64,000 nucleotides of DNA from an uncultured Clostridia bacterium (lineage in GTDB: Bacteria; Bacillota; Clostridia; Oscillospirales; Acutalibacteraceae). The DNA lies in the NCBI GenBank assembly GCA_937916195.1, contig CALFTO010000008.1, positions 4,906-68,905 of the forward strand. Direction: 5' to 3'. The notes under the pieces were generated by a model that ran no database searches, was not told the DNA's origin, and was given only the letters and a program-made list of their open reading frames with translations. The position numbers and the translations under genes are program-made. How positions within the stretch are numbered: position 1 is the stretch's first letter; each line of letters starts with the position of its first letter. Of the stretch, positions 30,641 through 37,316 are shown piece by piece.

Positions 30641-31498
30641 ATGTTTAAGAAAAAAGTATTATCTATTATATCAGTTGTTTTAATACTGTGCATTTTGTTT
30701 TCAGGCTGTAACAGCTCTGACAATAAAGATGCTGAAAAGGTTGCTTACACCGTAAAGGTTGAAACTATTGGCGGAATGCCACTTGAAGATGTTATGATTA
30801 AGGTGTATAAAGATGCCGAAATGCAAAATCTTCAATGGGGCACAGAAACTGACAACGATGGTGTAATTACCTTTAACGCTGAGCCTTCAAAAACCTATTA
30901 TGCAGTTCTTGAAGAAGTTCAAGAGGGATATAAGCTTGAAGCAAATTATGAAATAACAAGCAAAAACACAACTATTTCTCTTGAAACCGTTATTGGTGAC
31001 GCAAAAGATATGTCAGGTGTTACCTACAAGCTTGGCAGTGTGGTGCACGATTTCACAGTAACTGCAATTGACGGAAAAGAATATAAGATTTCTGATTTGC
31101 TTAAAACTAAAAAAGCCTTAGTGCTTAATTTTTGGTATCTCAATTGTCAGCCCTGTAAAATGGAGTTTCCGTATTTACAGCAAGCATATATTGATTATCA
31201 AGATGAAATTGCATTAATCGCTATTAATCCATATGACGGCACAAATGATACGGTTTCTGCTTATGCGGTTGAGAATGAACTCACTTTCCCAATGGTGTCA
31301 GATGAGAAGATTGATTGGGCAAGTATTGTGCAGTTAACAGCTTATCCTACAACTGTTGTAATTGACCGTTATGGTACAATTTGCATGATGCATAGGGGAA
31401 TGGTAACCAGCAAAGAGGATTTCACAAAAGTATTTGAATTCTTTACTGCTGACGATTACAAACAGACTTTAATCAGAAATTTAAATGACATTGAATAA
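30641..31498 (+). CDS. P3: lipoprotein (Ig-like module + TlpA/ResA-like thiol-disulfide oxidoreductase, CQPC)
   Basis: Lipobox LFSGC. YTVKVETIGGMPL...TDNDGVITFNA...GYKL. LVLNFWYLNCQPCKMEFP...AYPTTVVIDRYG. Paralogous to the N-terminal third of P1. Confidence 0.85.
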   Translation: MFKKKVLSIISVVLILCILFSGCNSSDNKDAEKVAYTVKVETIGGMPLEDVMIKVYKDAEMQNLQWGTETDNDGVITFNAEPSKTYYAVLEEVQEGYKLEANYEITSKNTTISLETVIGDAKDMSGVTYKLGSVVHDFTVTAIDGKEYKISDLLKTKKALVLNFWYLNCQPCKMEFPYLQQAYIDYQDEIALIAINPYDGTNDTVSAYAVENELTFPMVSDEKIDWASIVQLTAYPTTVVIDRYGTICMMHRGMVTSKEDFTKVFEFFTADDYKQTLIRNLNDIE

Positions 31499-31520
31499 TT
31501 TTTATAAAGAGGTATATAAA

Positions 31521-31931
31521 ATGAAAAATTTAAAGAAAGTTTTAGCAGTTTTACTCGCTCTCGGAATGCTCTTCTGCTTCTGCGCTTGCGGTGGTAATGA
31601 TGAGGGTAAAACTACTACAACTACCACAACTACAACTGAAAATCAGTCGACAGAAAATGAAAATCCGGTTGAAAACAAAGGCTTTACAGTTACTGTTGTT
31701 GATGAAAACGGAATTGCAGTTTCAGGTGTTATGGTTCAGCTTTGCAAGGATGCTTGTGTTCCTGCAAAAACAGACGATAACGGTAAGGCAACATTCAGCA
31801 TTGAGGTTACTGACGGTTACAAATTATCTGTAATGTCTTGCCCCGAAGGCTATGAGTACACAGGTGAAGCAGAAGTTTATCTTGAAGATGGTGCAACTGA
31901 ATATACTCTTGAATTAAAGGCGGTGGCATAA
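31521..31931 (+). CDS. P4: small lipoprotein (Thr-run linker + single Ig-like module)
   Basis: MKNLKKVLAVLLALGMLFCFCACGG lipobox, TTTTTTTTT linker, FTVTVVDENGIAVSGVMVQL...TDDNGKATFSI...GYEY. AAGAGG RBS before ATG 31521; the track ORF starts at 31485. Confidence 0.8.
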   Translation: MKNLKKVLAVLLALGMLFCFCACGGNDEGKTTTTTTTTTENQSTENENPVENKGFTVTVVDENGIAVSGVMVQLCKDACVPAKTDDNGKATFSIEVTDGYKLSVMSCPEGYEYTGEAEVYLEDGATEYTLELKAVA

Positions 31932-32941
31932 TGGAAAAACTTAAAAAATTAGATAAAAAAGTAATTATCGGTATTGTTGCTGCTGTTCTTGCAGTTGTGA
32001 TTGCTGTTGTTGCTGTTGTAATTGCAACAAGTGATAAACCTGCGAATACTGACCCCGACAATACAAATTCTAATGAATATGTAGCCAATGCAAATGATGA
32101 TGATTCATCAACATCAACAAGCGAAGATGAAAGCACATCTGATGAAGAGTCTTCAAGTGAAGAAGACACAAGTTCCGAAGAAGATGCTCAGAACGGCGAA
32201 GAAGATAAGACCAATGGCAGTGATAAAGGCGACGGTACTACAGCAGTGCAGAAGCCCACAGCTACAAATCCCGATGGTGATGAAATTCTCGGTGCAGGTA
32301 GCAAGGACCAGCCTTATCTTGAAACTCCCGGTAGTGATTTTGCTGTAACAACAGCAAAAGTTCCCGCAGGCAAAGCTCTTTATTATGATATTTACCGTGT
32401 AGGTGGTATGTATTTGACAATTAATGATGCTGATGCTTATGTAATCTGCAACGGCACAAAGTACACTGCTAAAAATGGTAAGGTTTCTTTTAAAGTTCCT
32501 AATGCTTTGGCAAGTGATGCAGTTTCATTCCAGATTGGTAACAATGGTTCATCTGCAAAGAGCTTCACAATTAAATTTGCAAATCTTAAAGGTAGCTATG
32601 CTAACCCTGAAAAGATTTCAAAGCTTACAGGCGATTTTGAAAAGAGCCTTGCAGCAGGTGTTGAAACAGGATATTATTATGAATATAAAGCTGAAAAAAC
32701 AGGTACAATTCGTTTTTATATTGTTGAAGAAACAAAGGACAGCATTATGGTTGTAACAAATAACAGAAACTCTGCCCAGAGAACAACTGAAGCAGACGTG
32801 TTCACCGATGCTGACGGTAATGAGTATATTGAGCTTGAAGTTCAAAAAGGCGACGAAATTATAATTAATATTGGTGCAATGCCGACAAAGCGCGGTAAAT
32901 ATCCCGCAACAGATATTACTTGGCGCGGAGTGTATGCATAA
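31931..32941 (+). CDS. P5: signal-anchored protein (acidic Ser/Glu/Asp linker + two PPC-like beta-sandwich repeats)
   Basis: TM IIGIVAAVLAVVIAVVAVVIA, linker DDDSSTSTSEDESTSDEESSSEEDTSSEED, repeats GSKDQPYLE...YYDIYRVGG... and GSYANPEKI...GYYYEYKAEKTGTIRFY. ATG overlaps the P4 stop (TAATG). Confidence 0.75.
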   Translation: MEKLKKLDKKVIIGIVAAVLAVVIAVVAVVIATSDKPANTDPDNTNSNEYVANANDDDSSTSTSEDESTSDEESSSEEDTSSEEDAQNGEEDKTNGSDKGDGTTAVQKPTATNPDGDEILGAGSKDQPYLETPGSDFAVTTAKVPAGKALYYDIYRVGGMYLTINDADAYVICNGTKYTAKNGKVSFKVPNALASDAVSFQIGNNGSSAKSFTIKFANLKGSYANPEKISKLTGDFEKSLAAGVETGYYYEYKAEKTGTIRFYIVEETKDSIMVVTNNRNSAQRTTEADVFTDADGNEYIELEVQKGDEIIINIGAMPTKRGKYPATDITWRGVYA

Positions 32942-32954
32942 ATAACTAAAAATT

Positions 32955-32994
32955 ATCCACTTTTTTCTAAAATAATTGAAAAAAGTGGATTTTA
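32955..32994 (+). terminator. rho-independent terminator ending the P1-P5 operon
   Basis: ATCCACTTTTTT (32955-32966) pairs with AAAAAAGTGGAT (32979-32990), then TTTTAT. Confidence 0.75.
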
Positions 32995-32997
32995 TTA

Positions 32998-33026
32998 TTG
33001 CATTATAAATAAAATAGTGATAAAAT
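32998..33026 (+). promoter_or_regulatory. sigma-A-type promoter for P6
   Basis: -35 TTGCAT (32998-33003), 17-bp spacer, TGaTAAAAT (TAAAAT at 33021-33026). Confidence 0.45.
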
Positions 33027-33093
33027 ATTTAGGAATATTTATGTAATTGTTAGACCTTAATGACAATTGCACAAAATAAAAGGAGGAAAAATC

Positions 33094-35151
33094 ATGAAAT
33101 CCATGATGAAAAAAACATTAAGCGTAATTATTGCGTTGGCTATGATTCTTGTACCAATGTCAGTATTCGCATCTTCTACAGGTGAGTTGCCTATCGGTGC
33201 AAGTACATTTGCTTCATACGATGGTGATAATAACTGTGAATATACTTATGTAGCTGATGCGGATGGAACAGTAACTCTTTCTTTTTATACAAACAACTGG
33301 TATTGTAATGTATATGAAGATGACGCCTCAACAGGCCCATGTGTTGGTGGCGGATATTGGGGTCTCGGCAGTGAAGTTGCTTTTGATGTAACTGCTGGTA
33401 AAACTTATGTAGTTGTTATCCAGGGCCAAACTGCTGGTGATAATATTATGTTTATGGGTAGCTTTGAAGAAGGTTCAGCAGGTGGTTCAGCAGATGGTTC
33501 AACTTATGAAACAGCTGTTGAAATTCAGAGCGGTGCTATGGAATATGTTGATGGTATGGCTCAGAAGTACTTTAAGATTGCTGCCGACTACGGTGTAGAG
33601 TATACTTTAACCGTTCAAGGAACTATGATGGCAAGTTTCGATTTATATACTGAAGGCAGAATGGGAATGGGTTATTCTTCAAGTGGTGCTTATGGTACAC
33701 CAGCAACTGCAACAGTTTATGCAAATAACGGATATGTTACTTTTATGATTCAGGAAACTGGCAGAATGGGTGCGGATGTTCAGATTACATTATCCGCTAC
33801 TCCCGTTTCTACTGTAGGCACATATGATGACCCCGAAGAGTTAACAACTCTTGGTCAGGCAACAGCAGATTGCAGCACAGGTGCTCATTGGTATAAATGG
33901 ACTGCAACTGAAGCAGGTGTATTTACTGTTTCTGTACCTATGTCACTTGTTATGATGGGTAGTGCATCTTATGGTATCTTTACTGTTAATGGTGAAACAC
34001 CCGCAAACATTGAAGAGGCAATGGCATCTCAGGAGGTTGAAGTTTTTGCTGGTGATGTTGTTACATTCTATGTAAGAGATTTTGAGAGCACAACTATTGA
34101 TTTCTCAACTGAATTTGTTGCTGGTGCTACACTCGGCGGCGGTGACGAAGGTGGCGACGACATCGGCGGTGGTGATGACATCGGCGGTGGTGAAGAAGAT
34201 GTGAACTACATAAAGAGTGATACTCTTCTTGAAGTTGGCGAAAACGCTTATGTTGTAGATGGTCGATACCAGTACACAATCTATGCTTTTGAGCCAACTG
34301 AAGAAGGTAAATATACATTCTCATCTGCTGATAGTGTAATGGGTATCGCAAGTAACAATGGTGCTTGGGTTACAACTGAGCCAAGTGCAGAAACAGTTAA
34401 CGCGAATGAATTTTCTTGGAATTGCGAAAGCGTTGGCCAGTCAATTTGGGTTGCTGTAATGGCTGATACAAATGTTGCTAACATTACAATCACAAGAGAA
34501 GACCTTGAGGTTAAAGAAGAGATTGAGTGGGTTGTTTATGAAAATATAACAACTCCTGAAGCTTTCACATATGAAGGCGATGTTGCTGACCTTGTTTATG
34601 TTGACACTCTTGAAGATGAAGTAGTTGATACAGCAGTCCTTGGTGACGATGGATACTATCACCTTAACTCAGCAGATGGTCCTATCCTTTACGTTGATAT
34701 TATGGGCTTAATGGATGATACAATGTTATCAGCAGTTGAAGCATATGGTTATGGTCAGTTGACAGCTGTTTTCCAGGATGAAAACTTAGTTGTTCTTTCA
34801 AAGACTGATTATAATGAAGCTTTTGCAGAGTATGCTGCTTGTGCAGATGCAGAAACAGGTTTATATCCTTTAACAGCTGACTTAATGGAAATCTACAAGA
34901 ATGTAGGTACAGCTAAGGGTTGGTACGGTGAGAATGGTGCTGTAGGCGGTACAGAAGATGACGCTTGGATGTTTGCTTGCTATTATGTTCCCGCTGTTGT
35001 AGATGGCGGTAACGAAGGTGGCAACGTTCCTAACCCTGAAATTCCCAACACAGGCGCTGAAGCATTTGGTGTTGCATTTGCTATGATGGCTACTGCAGCT
35101 GCTCTTGGTGCAACAGTTGTTACAACAAAAAAGTCAAAGAGAGTTAAATAA
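33094..35151 (+). CDS. P6: secreted, predicted sortase-anchored protein (PPC-like beta-sandwich repeats + DGYYH...CYY module + C-terminal IPNTG sorting signal)
   Basis: Signal peptide MKSMMKKTLSVIIALAMILVPMSVFA (AAAGGAGG RBS before ATG 33094). Repeats such as TYDDPEELTTLG...HWYKWTATEAGVFTVSV. DGYYHLNSADGPILYV...YPLTADLMEI...WMFACYYVP. C-terminus IPNTG + AEAFGVAFAMMATAAALGATVV + TTKKSKRVK. Confidence 0.85.
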   Translation: MKSMMKKTLSVIIALAMILVPMSVFASSTGELPIGASTFASYDGDNNCEYTYVADADGTVTLSFYTNNWYCNVYEDDASTGPCVGGGYWGLGSEVAFDVTAGKTYVVVIQGQTAGDNIMFMGSFEEGSAGGSADGSTYETAVEIQSGAMEYVDGMAQKYFKIAADYGVEYTLTVQGTMMASFDLYTEGRMGMGYSSSGAYGTPATATVYANNGYVTFMIQETGRMGADVQITLSATPVSTVGTYDDPEELTTLGQATADCSTGAHWYKWTATEAGVFTVSVPMSLVMMGSASYGIFTVNGETPANIEEAMASQEVEVFAGDVVTFYVRDFESTTIDFSTEFVAGATLGGGDEGGDDIGGGDDIGGGEEDVNYIKSDTLLEVGENAYVVDGRYQYTIYAFEPTEEGKYTFSSADSVMGIASNNGAWVTTEPSAETVNANEFSWNCESVGQSIWVAVMADTNVANITITREDLEVKEEIEWVVYENITTPEAFTYEGDVADLVYVDTLEDEVVDTAVLGDDGYYHLNSADGPILYVDIMGLMDDTMLSAVEAYGYGQLTAVFQDENLVVLSKTDYNEAFAEYAACADAETGLYPLTADLMEIYKNVGTAKGWYGENGAVGGTEDDAWMFACYYVPAVVDGGNEGGNVPNPEIPNTGAEAFGVAFAMMATAAALGATVVTTKKSKRVK
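34159..34194 (+). repeat. 18-bp direct tandem repeat x2 inside P6 (encodes DIGGGD/DIGGGE linker)
   Basis: GACATCGGCGGTGGTGAT (34159-34176) and GACATCGGCGGTGGTGAA (34177-34194), 17/18 identical. Confidence 0.9.
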
Positions 35152-35170
35152 TTAAATCTCAAAATAAATT

Positions 35171-35202
35171 AAGAGGGTAATCCGCAAGGATTATCCTCTT
35201 TT
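35171..35202. terminator. bidirectional terminator between P6 and the FliB-like gene
   Basis: AAGAGGGTAATCC-GCAA-GGATTATCCTCTT (one G:U pair), then TTTC. Confidence 0.7.
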
Positions 35203-35203
35203 C

Positions 35204-36145
35204 TTATGAGAATTTATTCAAAATTGTTTCTATGTTTTCTTCGGAATATTCAATTTCAGAAGAAAAAAGTCGAGCATATTCTGCTATATCGTTATATGTT
35301 AATTTGCTGAATTTATTTAAATGATATTTGCACAATCTCTCAATTATTTTATAACTGAAAATAATAAAATTTGCTCGTTGTGGTAACCTTCCGTCATCTA
35401 AACAACCGCATAAATGCCGATATGTAAAATATATTAGTAACTGTTCTGCAACTGTGTCAAAACATGATGGGAGAACGATATCAGTTAAATCGCTTGCAAT
35501 TTTTAATTCATTTAAAACATCGGTCCACTTGTTATCAAGTCGTTCTAATTCAAGAAGAAAATCTACACTTATAGTTGGACTTTCTTCAATAAATTCAGTA
35601 TTACAAAGCTTTAAGAATTTGTTTATTCGCTGATTAATCGTGATTTTTCTGTTCTGCAGTATTTCAAAAAGCTTATTTCTAAATTCAATAAAGGTCACGT
35701 CTTCTTGAATGTAATCGTCTTTAATACCATCATCGTCAATGATTTCAAATGTAACCTTTTCGTTTTGACTTATAATCAATTCTGATGCCGCTTCACAACA
35801 AAGTCCCAGTCCGATTTCAGTTGCACCGCCGTAAAAGTTACGAAATCTGGGGTGGTCATTACATATTTGACAAAGATAATCTTCACCTATATTTAAAATT
35901 ATGTCACAGAGATTATTTCCATTTAAAAATGGGCATCTCTCATTGCAGTCAAGTTGAAAACAGGCGATATCATCAGTAATCTCTATGTTTTCTTTTAACT
36001 TATTGCCGAAATCACCTTGTATTTGCTTGTATTTTTCATGTGTCTCATTATCAATATCTATTTCCCAACCAATGCAACAACTGTGTTTGCATTTGTCAGC
36101 AATACATTTAAACTTTTTATAATAATTCGGTGCTATATATTTCAT
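35204..36145 (-). CDS. FliB-family Cys-rich protein (flagellin lysine-N-methylase-like)
   Basis: N-terminal FKCIADKCKHSCCIGWEIDID matches the C-x4-C-x3-CC-x-G-W pattern of FliB, plus a second Cys cluster CNERCPFL...CDII...CQICNDHPRF. Start taken at MKYIAPNYY; the track ORF starts at 36187. Confidence 0.6.
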   Translation of the reverse strand: MKYIAPNYYKKFKCIADKCKHSCCIGWEIDIDNETHEKYKQIQGDFGNKLKENIEITDDIACFQLDCNERCPFLNGNNLCDIILNIGEDYLCQICNDHPRFRNFYGGATEIGLGLCCEAASELIISQNEKVTFEIIDDDGIKDDYIQEDVTFIEFRNKLFEILQNRKITINQRINKFLKLCNTEFIEESPTISVDFLLELERLDNKWTDVLNELKIASDLTDIVLPSCFDTVAEQLLIYFTYRHLCGCLDDGRLPQRANFIIFSYKIIERLCKYHLNKFSKLTYNDIAEYARLFSSEIEYSEENIETILNKFS

Positions 36146-36240
36146 TATATTTCTCTTTTCGCTTTTTTTACAGAATAACATATACAAACTTATTTTTCAA
36201 ATATTTTTACATATAATAATCAAAAAAGGTTGTGAATATT

Positions 36241-37212
36241 ATGTGTACGGCAGTATCTTTTCAGTCAAAAGACCATTATTTCGGACGAAATCTTGATGTG
36301 GAGTGTTCGTACGGCGAAAAAATAGTTATTACTCCGCGAAAATACCCATTTAATTTCAGGTTTGAAAAATCAAGGGAAAATCATTATGCGATAATTGGTA
36401 TGGGTATTGTTGCTGATAGTTATCCGCTTTATTTTGATGCTACAAATGAAAAAGGACTTTCAATGGCAGGGCTCAATTTTCCTGAAACCGCAGATTATGA
36501 AGAACCAACTGAAGATAAGCATAATATCGGTGTGTTTGAGTTAATTCCATGGGTTTTAAGCAGTTGCTCAAGTGTTGATGAAGCAAAAGATTTATTACAA
36601 AAAACCAATATTGTTGCAATGGATTTTAATGAAGAATATCATTCAACACCGCTTCATTGGATGATTTCTGACCGTGATTATTCTATTACTGTCGAATGTG
36701 TTGAAAAGGGGCTTAAAATCTATTATAACCCTGTTCACGTGCTTACAAACAACCCTGAATTTCCAATGCAGATGTTTAATCTAAATAACTATATGAGCCT
36801 TACGAGAGAAGAACCTGAAACTCGTTTTGCTGAGGGCTTTGATTTCTATAAATACAGCAGGGGAATGGGTACACTTGGTATGCCCGGTGATTTATCTTCA
36901 ATGTCGCGTTTTGTAAGAGCATCGTTTACGCGACTTAATTCAGTATGCGGTGAAACAGAAAGTGAAAGTGTAAGTCAGTTTTTTCATATTCTTAATTCGG
37001 TGGCTCAGACAAGAGGCTGTGTGCGTGTTGAAGACAGTTTTGAAATTACTTCATACGCTTCTTGTTGCAATACGGATAAAGGAGTTTATTATTACAAAAC
37101 CTATGAGAATAGTCAGATTTCTGCTGTGGATTTGCACCGAGAAAACCTTGACAGAAACGGGCTTATAATATATAATCTTGTCAATGAACAACAGGTAAAT
37201 TATCAAAATTAA
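36241..37212 (+). CDS. bsh: choloylglycine (bile-salt) hydrolase, Ntn-hydrolase family
   Basis: MCTAVSF...YFGRNLD (Cys2 nucleophile), LHWMISD, VLTNNPEF, MSRFVRASF, YYYKTYENSQISAVD. Colinear with the clostridial CBAH pattern. Confidence 0.85.
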   Translation: MCTAVSFQSKDHYFGRNLDVECSYGEKIVITPRKYPFNFRFEKSRENHYAIIGMGIVADSYPLYFDATNEKGLSMAGLNFPETADYEEPTEDKHNIGVFELIPWVLSSCSSVDEAKDLLQKTNIVAMDFNEEYHSTPLHWMISDRDYSITVECVEKGLKIYYNPVHVLTNNPEFPMQMFNLNNYMSLTREEPETRFAEGFDFYKYSRGMGTLGMPGDLSSMSRFVRASFTRLNSVCGETESESVSQFFHILNSVAQTRGCVRVEDSFEITSYASCCNTDKGVYYYKTYENSQISAVDLHRENLDRNGLIIYNLVNEQQVNYQN

Positions 37213-37316
37213 AAATATACAACTGCCACCGGGTAGTGTGATGCAAGGCATCCGCTTGATATGTCGTTAGGTCTTAGAAGATGTATCAAACGGGTGTTAT
37301 TTTTTTGAGGTGTATT

